64,000 bases of DNA from Dehalococcoidia bacterium (lineage in GTDB: Bacteria > Chloroflexota > Dehalococcoidia > UBA2979): NCBI GenBank assembly GCA_963667465.2, contig CAXXDN010000001.1, positions 640,001 to 704,000 of the forward strand. Reading direction: 5' to 3'. Under the pieces are notes generated by a model. It had not been told where the DNA came from. It saw only the letters and a list, made by a program, of their open reading frames with translations, and searched no databases. How positions within the stretch are numbered: the stretch's first letter is position 1; each line of letters starts with the position of its first letter. Both the position numbers and the translations under genes were made by a program. Positions 9,470 to 18,475 of the stretch are shown piece after piece.

Positions 9470-9886
9470 ATGGCTTCCAAGCTCCGCCTGCGGGAGGCAG
9501 CCTCGGCCGCCCTCGATCTCCGGCGTTTCTGGATCGAACGGCTCGAGTATCAAGAGGACGAGGAGATTCCGGTCGACTTGCCGGAGACGACCGTCCGCGT
9601 CTCCCGCCCCGAACTTCTCGAATCGGACGGGGATGAGTACTTCGTCACACTGCGGGTGAGGATCGCGCAGGGCGAGGCTCGTGTGATCGACCTCACGATC
9701 GTCGGCATCTTTGGGCTTCAGCCCAGCGACGAGTATCGTGCTCGCGCGATGCGTATGCTCGAGTACAACGGGACAGCGATCCTGTTCAGCGCCGCACGCG
9801 GTGTCATTGAGTCCGTGACCGGGGTCAGCGGGTTCGGGCGGATGCATGTGCCGTCCGTCGATCTCGCCGAACTCATCGAACGCTAG
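9470..9886 (+). CDS. SecB-like chaperone
   Basis: 138 aa; YFVTLRV, IDLTIVGIF, NGTAILFSAARGVIESVT..GF..MHVPSVD match the SecB fold C-terminal pattern. Confidence 0.75.
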   Translation: MASKLRLREAASAALDLRRFWIERLEYQEDEEIPVDLPETTVRVSRPELLESDGDEYFVTLRVRIAQGEARVIDLTIVGIFGLQPSDEYRARAMRMLEYNGTAILFSAARGVIESVTGVSGFGRMHVPSVDLAELIER

Positions 9887-9928
9887 CAAGCCGCCACAAC
9901 CCACCTCCGGCGCGCGTACCATCGCGCC

Positions 9929-11044
9929 ATGCACCGCCTGCATCCGAGGCGCATCGAGGGCTGGAGCGTGCGGCGGCGGGTCAGGGTCGTCGTGTGGCTG
10001 CTCATGCTGCTGACGGTCGTTGCCGCGGCGCCCACGGCGCACTCCTGCCTGCGCGCCACCGCCTTCACTGCCGACGTCGTGCTGCAACTGCCCGTGCGGC
10101 CCCTCGCCTGGAGCACGCACGCTCCATCCGTCGAGGACATCGAGTGGAGTGGCGAGGTCGGGGGCCGCGGACAGCTGACGCTGCCGGAGGGCGACAACGA
10201 GCGGCCCGCGATCATCCTTGTCCTCGGCGCCGACCCCGCCCCGTCTGACGACGACCGCGTGCTGAGCCTCACCGGAGGCCTCGCCCGCATCGGCTTCGTC
10301 GTGCTGCTCACCGAGTCCGACGACCTCAACGCCGCCGTGGTGCTGCCGAGCGAGATCCCGAGGCTCGTTGGCGCATTCGAGGCGCTCGAGCAGCATCCGC
10401 GCGTGAACAAGGAGCAGATCGGCTACGTCGCGCTCTCAGCCGGTGGCTCGCTCGCGATCGTCGCGGCCGCGCAGCCCGAGATCGCCGACCGCGTCTGGTA
10501 CGTGGTCGCGCTCGGCCCGTACTACGACGCCGAGACGCTCGCCGCTGCCGTTACCTCCTACCGCTTCCGCGGCCCCGAGGGCATCGAGGAGTGGGAGCCC
10601 GCGGGCATCGCGCGGCGCGTCGTGCGCAACACGCTGCTCGCCGGGCTGCCCGAGGCCGAGCGCGCCGCGATCGAGGCGGGCGAGGCGGCCCAGACCGCGG
10701 GCGGGGCGGCGGTGGCCGAGCTGCTGCAGCTCCCGACCCTCGATCGCGCGGAGGAGCTGATCGCCTCGCTGCCGGCGGCGCAGCGCGCGCACCTCGAGGC
10801 GGTGAGCCCGCGCTACAGCAGCGGCGGGCTGCGCGCCCCGCTCTATCTGCTGCACGACCGCAGCGACGAGTTCATTCCCTGGACGGAGTCCGAGGCGCTG
10901 GCCGAGGCGTACGAGCCGGACAGCTACCACCGGCTCGACCTCTTCCAGCATGTCGAGCCCGACCCCGGCAACGTCGAGCACATGCTGCGCGACGGCTGGC
11001 GCATCCTGCGCCTGATCGTGGGCATTCTCGAGGGCGCGCGCTGA
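9929..11044 (+). CDS. Membrane-anchored alpha/beta hydrolase-fold protein
   Basis: N-terminal hydrophobic segment; ALSAGG nucleophile elbow; LLHDRSDEFIP; FQHV. Confidence 0.6.
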   Translation: MHRLHPRRIEGWSVRRRVRVVVWLLMLLTVVAAAPTAHSCLRATAFTADVVLQLPVRPLAWSTHAPSVEDIEWSGEVGGRGQLTLPEGDNERPAIILVLGADPAPSDDDRVLSLTGGLARIGFVVLLTESDDLNAAVVLPSEIPRLVGAFEALEQHPRVNKEQIGYVALSAGGSLAIVAAAQPEIADRVWYVVALGPYYDAETLAAAVTSYRFRGPEGIEEWEPAGIARRVVRNTLLAGLPEAERAAIEAGEAAQTAGGAAVAELLQLPTLDRAEELIASLPAAQRAHLEAVSPRYSSGGLRAPLYLLHDRSDEFIPWTESEALAEAYEPDSYHRLDLFQHVEPDPGNVEHMLRDGWRILRLIVGILEGAR

Positions 11045-11082
11045 GGCGCGCCGCGCGCCTGACGGGCTGGTAGGGTCCGGGC

Positions 11083-11391
11083 ATGGACGAGGCGCCGGTG
11101 CTGCTGCTCACCTCCTGGCATCTGCCGCGGATGCGATCGATGCCGCGCGCCTTCTGGAGGGTGCGCGCCCTCGACCGGCGCACGCGCTCGCAGCAGGGCT
11201 GCCTGCGCGTGCACCGCTGGGCCTCGCGCCGTTCGCTGCTGCTCACCACCTGGTGGCGCAGCCGCGCCGCCGCCGAGACCTGGCTCGCCTCGCCGTCGTT
11301 CCGCGAGGCCGACGATCGGCTGCGGGCAATCCCCGGCGCCGAGACGCGCGTCGATCTGCGCGAGTGTCCCGAGGGATCGCTGAGCGCGTAG
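11083..11391 (+). CDS. Small hypothetical protein, possibly ABM/DUF3291-like
   Basis: LLTTWWRSRAAAETW pattern; -10-like TAGGGT 6 nt before ATG. Confidence 0.45.
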   Translation: MDEAPVLLLTSWHLPRMRSMPRAFWRVRALDRRTRSQQGCLRVHRWASRRSLLLTTWWRSRAAAETWLASPSFREADDRLRAIPGAETRVDLRECPEGSLSA

Positions 11392-11403
11392 CGCTCGCCG
11401 GAG

Positions 11404-12774
11404 CTACTCGGCCCGGAGTTCGTCGCGCAGCGCCTGCGCCTCGGCCTGCAACGTCGCGCTCACCGTGACCGGGTAGGGCTCAGCCGGCTCTTCGAGCCCG
11501 CGCAGCGCGGCGGGCAGCCGCTCACGCTCCCGATCAGCCCGCTCCCGTGCCTCCCCGATCGTTCGCATCCCCGCCTCGAGGCGCGCGCCGCCGCGCATCA
11601 CTTGCTCCAGCAGCGGCTCCCCGTTGAGCCGCTCGTCCGCGCGCGCGATCACGTCGCTGCTCGCGATGCCCGCGGAATCGCGCAGGCGGAAGACCTGCTT
11701 ACGCCCGGGCAGCGTCTCCTTCTTGGTGGAGAGCTTGATGCGCCCCCGGCCGTCGTAGGCGGCCAGCTTGTAGACGGCGTCGAACGTGGGCGCGTCGGCC
11801 GAGGACACGGCGCGCGTCCCGACGCCGAACGCGTCGATCGGCGCGCCCGCCGCGACGAGCTCGGCGATCCGCAGCTCGTCGAGGCCTCCACTGCCGACGA
11901 TCTCCACCTGTTCCAGCCCGGCTGCATCGAGGATCGCGCGCGCCTCGAACGCGAGCTCGGCGAGCGGCTCCGAGTCCAGCCGCACGGCGCGCACGCGGAA
12001 GGCATCGCCCAGCTCGGCGGCCAGCAGCGCCACGCGGCGCATACCCTCGGCGGTGTCGTAGGTGTCGACGAGCAGGACGGTGTCGGGGTGGGTCGCGACG
12101 AAGCTGCGGAACGCCTCGGCTTCGTCGTCGTGGGCCTGCACGTAGCTGTGCGCCATCGTGCCGGCCGGCGGGATGCCGTAGCGGTCGGCGGCGAGCACGT
12201 TCGAGGTCGCCGCCATGCCCGCGAGGTAAAGCGCTCGCGCCGCCTTCAGCGCCGCGTCCGTGCCGTGCGCGCGCCGCGTCCCGAAGTCCACCACCGGCCG
12301 CCCCGCCGCTGCCTCGACGATGCGCGCGCCCTTCGAGGCGATCAGTGTCTGCAGGTGCAACTGGTTGAGCAGGTAGGTCTCGGCCAGCTGCGCCTCCGGC
12401 AGCGGCGCCTCGACGGCGAGCAGCGGCTCGCCGCCGAAGGCGGGCGTTCCCTCGGGCATCGCGTACACGTCGCCCGTGAAGCGCAGCCCGGCAAGCCAGT
12501 CGAGGAAGCCCGCGGGGAAGCGTCCGTCGCGCTCCAGCGCGGCAAGCGCCTGCTCGCCGAAGCGCAGGCCCTCGAGGTAGGCGAGCGCGTCGTCGAGGCC
12601 GCAGGCGAGCAGGTAGTTGCGATTCGCGGGCAGCGAGCGCGCGTACAGCTCGAACGTGGCGCGGGCGGTCAGGCCGTGCTCGGCGTAGGCCTGCAGCATC
12701 GTGAGCTGGTAGAGGTCCGTGAACAGCGCGCGGCCCGGCTCGTCGAGTCCGCCGCCGAGTGGCTCGGAAGTCAC
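11404..12774 (-). CDS. pncB: Nicotinate phosphoribosyltransferase
   Basis: LFTDLYQLTMLQAY, DFGTRRAHG, TSNV, GTMAHS, LVDTYD, VRLDS, FGVGT, VYKL. Confidence 0.95.
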   Translation of the reverse strand: MTSEPLGGGLDEPGRALFTDLYQLTMLQAYAEHGLTARATFELYARSLPANRNYLLACGLDDALAYLEGLRFGEQALAALERDGRFPAGFLDWLAGLRFTGDVYAMPEGTPAFGGEPLLAVEAPLPEAQLAETYLLNQLHLQTLIASKGARIVEAAAGRPVVDFGTRRAHGTDAALKAARALYLAGMAATSNVLAADRYGIPPAGTMAHSYVQAHDDEAEAFRSFVATHPDTVLLVDTYDTAEGMRRVALLAAELGDAFRVRAVRLDSEPLAELAFEARAILDAAGLEQVEIVGSGGLDELRIAELVAAGAPIDAFGVGTRAVSSADAPTFDAVYKLAAYDGRGRIKLSTKKETLPGRKQVFRLRDSAGIASSDVIARADERLNGEPLLEQVMRGGARLEAGMRTIGEARERADRERERLPAALRGLEEPAEPYPVTVSATLQAEAQALRDELRAE

Positions 12775-12781
12775 GTCTCGC

Positions 12782-13372
12782 TCACTCGATCGTCGCGCCC
12801 GCTTCGCGGATCGCCGCGAGCGCGCGCTCGCCGTCGCCGGGTTCGAGGTCCACGGCGCTGATCGCCCCGGCGATCACGATCGTCGCGAAGCCGAGCCGGC
12901 AGGCGTCGAGCGCCGTCTCCTTGACGCAGTAGTCCGTCGCCAGCCCCGTGATCACAACGCGCTCGACGCCGCGATCGCGCAGCAGCGCCTCCAGTTCCGT
13001 CGCTTCGTGCTCCCCGCTCTGCGGGTCGCGCTGGCTGAAGGCGGAGTAGCCGTCGCTGCCGTCGGCGCCCTTGCGCACGCGCGGTGCGCCCTCGACGGCC
13101 GCGAGGTCGGCGTGCAGCTCGGCGCCCCAGCTGCCGGCGACGCCGTGCACGGGCCAGCTGCCGCCGTCCTGCGCGAAGTGCGGGGTGTGCTCCGGGTGCC
13201 AGTCCTGCGAGTAGGCGACGAGCGCGCCGCCCGCGAGGGCGCGAGCGATCTCCTTGTTGCTGCGCGCGATCGCGCCGGCCGCGCCGGCCACGTAGAGGCT
13301 GCCGTCAGGGTGGGCGAAGTCGTTCTGCACGTCGACCACCACCAGCGCGGTCTGCGCGTCGTAGTCCACCAT
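12782..13372 (-). CDS. pncA: Nicotinamidase/pyrazinamidase
   Basis: VDVQNDF..GSL, QDWHP, WPVH, YSAF, GLATDYCVKETALDA; co-oriented with pncB. Confidence 0.92.
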   Translation of the reverse strand: MVDYDAQTALVVVDVQNDFAHPDGSLYVAGAAGAIARSNKEIARALAGGALVAYSQDWHPEHTPHFAQDGGSWPVHGVAGSWGAELHADLAAVEGAPRVRKGADGSDGYSAFSQRDPQSGEHEATELEALLRDRGVERVVITGLATDYCVKETALDACRLGFATIVIAGAISAVDLEPGDGERALAAIREAGATIE

Positions 13373-13505
13373 CGCGCCACCTCCCCGCCGGGCGTCCGCA
13401 GCCTCCCCTGCCGGCGCAGCATAGCGGGCCGCCGCGACGGCGCGCCGGGGCTGCGGGCGAGGGCGCGCGATGTGCTATCGTCGCTCCGCTTCGGGGGGTC
13501 CGCGC

Positions 13506-13934
13506 GTGTCGCTATCCGTCGACGACCGGCTCCTGATCCTCGATCTCGCCGCGCGCTACAACCACGCGGTGGATTCGGGCGACCACGAGGGCGTAGCGGC
13601 GCTCTTCACCGAGGACGGCGCGATCGAGGCGACCGCCACCGGCACGATCGCGGGCCGGGCCGCGATCGCCGACTACATCGGCTCGCGGCCGGACGGCTGG
13701 CAGCGCCGCCGCCACCTCAACAACAACGCGATCATCGAAGGTGTCCCGGGCGATGACGACGCCGCGAGACTGGCGATGTACGTCATGGTCTTGAGCCGCC
13801 GCGAGACCGTCCAGCCGCGCCTGCTCGGACGCTACGAGGACGAGCTGCGCCGCGCGGACGGCGAGTGGCGCTTCCTGAGGCGCCGCATCATCGCGGACGC
13901 GGACGCCGCCAGCGGACGCCGGGCGGAGGGGTAA
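13506..13934 (+). CDS. NTF2-like/SnoaL_4 protein, copy 1
   Basis: DRLLILDLAARYNHAVD, FTEDG, GRYEDELRR..GEWRF. Confidence 0.85.
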   Translation: MSLSVDDRLLILDLAARYNHAVDSGDHEGVAALFTEDGAIEATATGTIAGRAAIADYIGSRPDGWQRRRHLNNNAIIEGVPGDDDAARLAMYVMVLSRRETVQPRLLGRYEDELRRADGEWRFLRRRIIADADAASGRRAEG

Positions 13935-13936
13935 CG

Positions 13937-14338
13937 ATGCCGCTGTCAGCCGAGGATCGGATGGAGATTCTCGCCCTCGTGACGCGCTACAACCACGCCG
14001 TCGATGCGGGCGACATCGACACGCGGTCCGAGACCTTCACCGAGGATGGCGTGTGGGACTCGGATACCGGCGGAGTGGTCACGAGCCGCGAGGCAATCCG
14101 CGAGCACGCCGCCACCCGCGCGCCGCAGGCCCACCTGCGCAAGCACTGGACGAACAGCCCGGTCATCGAGGGCGACGGCGATCACGCGACGATCAAGCAG
14201 TACCTCTGGCTGGTCGAGACGGTGGAGCCTCGGCGCACGCTGATGATCGGGACTTACTACGACACGCTGCGGCGCGAGCCGGGAGGCTGGCTCTTCGCCA
14301 GGCGCGAGCTGCGCGTTCACTCCCGCATCGACTACTGA
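13937..14338 (+). CDS. NTF2-like/SnoaL_4 protein, copy 2
   Basis: MPLSAEDRMEI..RYNHAVD, FTEDG, KHW, GTYYDTLRR..GWLF; GGAGG RBS. Confidence 0.85.
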   Translation: MPLSAEDRMEILALVTRYNHAVDAGDIDTRSETFTEDGVWDSDTGGVVTSREAIREHAATRAPQAHLRKHWTNSPVIEGDGDHATIKQYLWLVETVEPRRTLMIGTYYDTLRREPGGWLFARRELRVHSRIDY

Positions 14339-14368
14339 ACGGCACAAGGAAGCCCGGAGGAGACTCCT

Positions 14369-14752
14369 ATGCCGCTGTCCGTTGACGACCGCCTCGAGAT
14401 CCTCGAGCTGATGGCGCGCTACAACCACTGCGCCGACGGCGGCGACGGCGAGGGCTTCGCCGACACCTTCACCGAGGACGCGCTGTTCGAGGGCAGCATG
14501 AGCAGCGCGCGCGGCCGCGAGGAGCTGGTGCAGGTGATCGCCAGCGGTGGCGGCCTCTGGAAGCACTGGCTCAACAGCCCGATCATCGAGGGCGACGGCG
14601 ACCACGCGACCGCAAAGGTCTACCTCGTTCGCACCGGTCTCAACGAGGACGGGGTGGTGGGGCTGATCGCGAGCGGGACGTACCACGACACGCTCGTGCG
14701 TAGCGACGGCGAGTGGAAGTTCATGCATCGCAAGGTCCTCCCGGACCAGTAG
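14369..14752 (+). CDS. NTF2-like/SnoaL_4 protein, copy 3
   Basis: MPLSVDDRLEI..RYNH, FTED, KHW, GTYHDTL..GEWKF; GGAGG RBS. Confidence 0.85.
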   Translation: MPLSVDDRLEILELMARYNHCADGGDGEGFADTFTEDALFEGSMSSARGREELVQVIASGGGLWKHWLNSPIIEGDGDHATAKVYLVRTGLNEDGVVGLIASGTYHDTLVRSDGEWKFMHRKVLPDQ

Positions 14753-14810
14753 GAACGCAGGAACACAGGAACGTACGAGGCCTCGCCTCGCAGGAAGGAC
14801 GGTGGACGCC

Positions 14811-15197
14811 ATGCCCCTCTCAATTGAGGACCAGCTCGACATCATGGAGCTGATGGCCCGCTACAACCACGCGATCGACAGCAGCCAACCCGAGGCCTGG
14901 GCCGACACCTTTACCGAGGACGGCGTCTTCGAGGGCAGTGTCGGGACGGTCAGCGGACGCGAGGAGCTGCTGGCGTTCGTGCGCAACCGTGATCAAAGCA
15001 ATCCGATCCGGCACTGGAACAACAACATCCTGATCGATGGCGACGGCGACGACGCGACCGCGAAGGTCTACCTCGTGACGTTCGACGTCACCGGCCCGCC
15101 GACGGTTCGCGTGTCCGGCATGTACCACGACACGCTGAAGCGCGTGGACGGGCAATGGAAGTTCACGCACCGCAAGGTCCAGAGCGACGCCTCCTAG
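14811..15197 (+). CDS. NTF2-like/SnoaL_4 protein, copy 4
   Basis: MPLSIEDQLDI..RYNHAID, FTEDG, RHW, GMYHDTL..GQWKF. Confidence 0.85.
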   Translation: MPLSIEDQLDIMELMARYNHAIDSSQPEAWADTFTEDGVFEGSVGTVSGREELLAFVRNRDQSNPIRHWNNNILIDGDGDDATAKVYLVTFDVTGPPTVRVSGMYHDTLKRVDGQWKFTHRKVQSDAS

Positions 15198-15216
15198 CGA
15201 GGCGGGAGGGAACCCC

Positions 15217-15666
15217 GTGCCGCTGTCGTGCGACGACCGGCTCGACATCCTCGAGGTGGCCGCCCGTTACTGCCGGGCGCTCGATCGCGGGGACGCCGAG
15301 GGGCTCGAGGCCGTCTTCACGGAGGACGCCGTCTGGGAGTCCTCGGCGCGCGGGCAGCGTCGGGGCCGCTCGGCGATCGTCGACGAGTTCCGCGCGCGGG
15401 CGGAGCAGGCGCACACCCGCAAGCACTGGACCAGCAACGCCGTCATCGAGGGTGACGGAGACGAGGCCTCGCTGACGCTCGACCTGCTTGTGCTGCACCT
15501 CGATGATGGGGACGTGCGGCCGGGTACGAGCGGCGTGTACGAGGACAGGCTGAGGCGCGACGCCGCCGGTTGGCGGATCGCGTATCGCAAGATCACGGTG
15601 GACGGCCAGCGGGCCGGCTTCCGCGGCGTGCCGGCGCAGCCGGCGGGAAAGGATGCGACCCGATGA
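15217..15666 (+). CDS. NTF2-like/SnoaL_4 protein, copy 5
   Basis: PLSCDDRLDI..RYCRALD, FTEDA, KHW, GVYEDRLRR..GWRI. Confidence 0.85.
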   Translation: MPLSCDDRLDILEVAARYCRALDRGDAEGLEAVFTEDAVWESSARGQRRGRSAIVDEFRARAEQAHTRKHWTSNAVIEGDGDEASLTLDLLVLHLDDGDVRPGTSGVYEDRLRRDAAGWRIAYRKITVDGQRAGFRGVPAQPAGKDATR

Positions 15667-16724
15667 GAGTCACATGCGGACTGCACCCCCACAAGAAGAT
15701 GGGCGAGGCCCCCGCCTTCGCTCGCAAAAGCGAGGCGATGGGCTACGACGCGCTCTGGGTGCCCGAGGCACAGCACAACCCGTTCACCGCGCTCGCGCTG
15801 GTCGCCGAGCACAGCGAGAACGTGCGCATCGGGACCAACGTCACGGTCGCCTTCGCCCGCTCGCCCTACGTGATGGCGAACCACGGCTGGGACCTGCAGG
15901 AGTACTCCGGCGGCCGCCTCGTGATTGGAATGGGCACCCAGATCAAGGGCCACAACGAGCGGCGCTTCTCCGTGCCCTGGGGCCCGCCTCACCCGCGGCT
16001 CCGCGAGTACGTGGAGATGATGAAGGCCTGCTGGCACACCTGGCGAACCGGCGAGAAGCCGAACTACGAGGGCGAGTACTACCGCTACACCCTCGACGCC
16101 TGGAACTGGAACCCGGGTCCGATCGACTACCCCGACCCGCAGATCGCCCTCGCGGCGGTCCGGCCGCTCAACACGCGGCTGGCCACCGAGGTCGCCGACG
16201 GCGTGCTCTGGCACGGCATGATGAGCTGGGCCTACCGCGACAACGTGCTCGTCCCCGCCCTCGAGGAGGGCGCGCGCCGCTCGGGCCGGGATCTGAAGGA
16301 CCTGATCGTCTCCGGGGGCGGCTTCGTCGTGACGGCGAAGACCGAGGACAAGCTGGTCGAGGCGATGGCCGAGCAGAAGCGCTGGATGTCCTTCTACGCC
16401 TCCACCCGCAGCTACCACCCGGCCATGATCATGGCCGGCCTCGAGGATGAGGCGATGCTGCTGCACCGGCTCTCGATCGAGCAAAAGTGGGCGGAGATGG
16501 TGAAGATCATCGACGACGACTTCCTCGAGAAGTTCGCGATCATCGGCACCTGGGACGAGATCCCCGCGAAGATGCGCGACGTGTACGGCGGCCTCAACAC
16601 CGAGATCAGCTTCAGCGCCGACATCGAGGACCCGGACGACGAGGACCACATCATCGAGGTGATGAACGAGATCAAGGCGATCCCGTCCTACGGCGAGATG
16701 GAGCGCACACCCGTCGCCGCCTGA
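15663..16724 (+). CDS. LLM-class (probably F420-dependent, TIGR03617-like) oxidoreductase, copy 1
   Basis: EAQHNPF, AFARSP, WDLQEYSGGR, GTQIKGHNERRFSVPW, FYASTRSY; ATGA overlap with SnoaL copy 5. Confidence 0.88.
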   Translation: MRVTCGLHPHKKMGEAPAFARKSEAMGYDALWVPEAQHNPFTALALVAEHSENVRIGTNVTVAFARSPYVMANHGWDLQEYSGGRLVIGMGTQIKGHNERRFSVPWGPPHPRLREYVEMMKACWHTWRTGEKPNYEGEYYRYTLDAWNWNPGPIDYPDPQIALAAVRPLNTRLATEVADGVLWHGMMSWAYRDNVLVPALEEGARRSGRDLKDLIVSGGGFVVTAKTEDKLVEAMAEQKRWMSFYASTRSYHPAMIMAGLEDEAMLLHRLSIEQKWAEMVKIIDDDFLEKFAIIGTWDEIPAKMRDVYGGLNTEISFSADIEDPDDEDHIIEVMNEIKAIPSYGEMERTPVAA

Positions 16725-16777
16725 CGCGGCGACGGGCCTCGCCGGACGCGGGCCGGCGGGAGGGGACGAGCAGCGCG

Positions 16778-17839
16778 ATGAGGGTGACGTGCGGGCTGCA
16801 CCCGCACCGGAAGATGGCCGAGGCCCCCGCCTTCGCGCGCAAGCGCGAGGCGATGGGCTTCGACGGGCTGTGGGTGCCCGAGGCGCAGCACAACCCCTTT
16901 ACGGCCCTCGCGCTGGTCGCCGAGCACAGCGAGCACGCGCGCATCGGCTCGAACGTCACGGTCGCCTTCGCGCGCTCGCCGTACGTAATGGCGAACCACG
17001 GCTGGGACCTGCAGGAGTACTCCGGCGGGCGCTTCATCATCGGCATGGGCACGCAGGTGAAGGGGCACAACGAGCGCCGCTTCTCGGTGCCGTGGGGCCC
17101 GCCCAACCCGCGCCTGCGCGAGTACATCGAGATGATGCGCGCCTGCTGGCACACCTGGCGGACCGGCGAGAAGCCGAACTACGAGGGCCGCTACTACCGT
17201 TACAGCCTCGACGCCTGGAACTGGAACCCCGGCCCCATCGACTACCCGGACCCGCCGATCGTGCTGGCCGCCGTGCGGCCGCTCAACACGCGGCTCGGCG
17301 CGGAGGTCGGCGACGGCGTGCTCTGGCACCGCATGATGAGCTGGGCCTACCGCGACCAGGTGCTCGTCCCCGCCCTCGAGGAGGGCGCGCGGCGCGCCGG
17401 CAAGGATCCGAAGGACCTCGTGATCGCCGGGGGCGGCTTCGTCGTCACGGCGAAGACCGAGGAGAAGCTCGTCGCCGAGCTGGCCGAGCTGAAGCGCTGG
17501 ATGTCCTTCTACGGCTCCACCCGCAGCTACCACGACGCGATGATCATGGCAGGCCTCGAGGACGAGGCGATGCTGCTCCACCGCCTTTCGATCGAGCAGA
17601 AGTGGGACGAGATGGTGAAGATCATCGACGACGACTTCCTCGAGAAGTTCGCCATCGTCGGCACCTGGGACGAGATCGCCGGCAAGATGCGCGAGGTCTA
17701 CGGCGGCCTCAACACCGAGATCCAGCTCCGCATGGAGATTGAGGACCCCGACGACGAGGAGCACATCAAGGAAATCATGGCCGAGGTCAGGACCATCCCC
17801 GGCTACGGCGAGATCGAGCGCCCCCCCGCCGCCGCGTAG
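16778..17839 (+). CDS. LLM-class oxidoreductase, copy 2 (close paralogue of copy 1)
   Basis: Same motifs and same length (1062 bp) as 15663-16724. Confidence 0.88.
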   Translation: MRVTCGLHPHRKMAEAPAFARKREAMGFDGLWVPEAQHNPFTALALVAEHSEHARIGSNVTVAFARSPYVMANHGWDLQEYSGGRFIIGMGTQVKGHNERRFSVPWGPPNPRLREYIEMMRACWHTWRTGEKPNYEGRYYRYSLDAWNWNPGPIDYPDPPIVLAAVRPLNTRLGAEVGDGVLWHRMMSWAYRDQVLVPALEEGARRAGKDPKDLVIAGGGFVVTAKTEEKLVAELAELKRWMSFYGSTRSYHDAMIMAGLEDEAMLLHRLSIEQKWDEMVKIIDDDFLEKFAIVGTWDEIAGKMREVYGGLNTEIQLRMEIEDPDDEEHIKEIMAEVRTIPGYGEIERPPAAA

Positions 17840-17843
17840 CCCC

Positions 17844-18467
17844 TCAGACCGGGCGGCGCCAGCGCGCCCAGTCGAACGCTGCGATGCCGTGCTCGGTGAG
17901 CTGCCAGATGCTCGGCTGCGGGCGGCCGTTCGCGATCTCGAGGAAGCCGATGGTGCCGAGGCGCGTCGCGAGGTTCCTCGGCAGCGTCGGGGAGCCGGGG
18001 TTCACGCAGAGCACGCCGTCGACCCACTCGACCCACTCGGAGTGCGTGTCGCCGAAGATCATCACGTCCAGGTCCGTGCGGCCGCAGTAGCGCTGCATCG
18101 CCCGCTCCAGCGTCCAGCCACCCTGGGCGGGCACGGGGACCGTGTGGGCGATGCCCACGAGCAGCCCGGCGAGCTCCAGCAGCCAGCCCTCGCGCAGCCG
18201 CGGGTCCTCGGGCTGCACGGGCCGCCCGCCCGAGCCGTCGTCGCCGTTGCCGCGCGCGACGTAGGTGGGCGCGACCTCCGAGAGCTCGTCGATCACGGAG
18301 AGGTCGTGGATGTCACCGGCGTGCAGGATGCAGTCCACGCCGCGGAACGCCTCGAACACCTGCGGCCAGAGCTTCGGCAGCGCCTCGGGAATGTGCGTGT
18401 CGGAGATCAACCCGATGCGCAGCGAGTCCGCGCTCGCGAGCCGTTCGAGGGCTTCGAGTTCCTGCAC
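17844..18467 (-). CDS. YfcE-like metallophosphoesterase
   Basis: ISDTH, HAGD, RGNGD, GDTH, NPGSPT. Confidence 0.88.
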   Translation of the reverse strand: MQELEALERLASADSLRIGLISDTHIPEALPKLWPQVFEAFRGVDCILHAGDIHDLSVIDELSEVAPTYVARGNGDDGSGGRPVQPEDPRLREGWLLELAGLLVGIAHTVPVPAQGGWTLERAMQRYCGRTDLDVMIFGDTHSEWVEWVDGVLCVNPGSPTLPRNLATRLGTIGFLEIANGRPQPSIWQLTEHGIAAFDWARWRRPV

Positions 18468-18475
18468 TGACGCCG

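Noticed and set aside
14751-14774. AGGAAC x3 at 8-bp period between SnoaL copies 3 and 4
   Set aside because: Too short to distinguish from slippage; no second occurrence seen
13506-15666. Integron cassette array reading of the SnoaL genes
   Set aside because: Spacers are 2-58 bp with no attC-like structure, and there is no integrase
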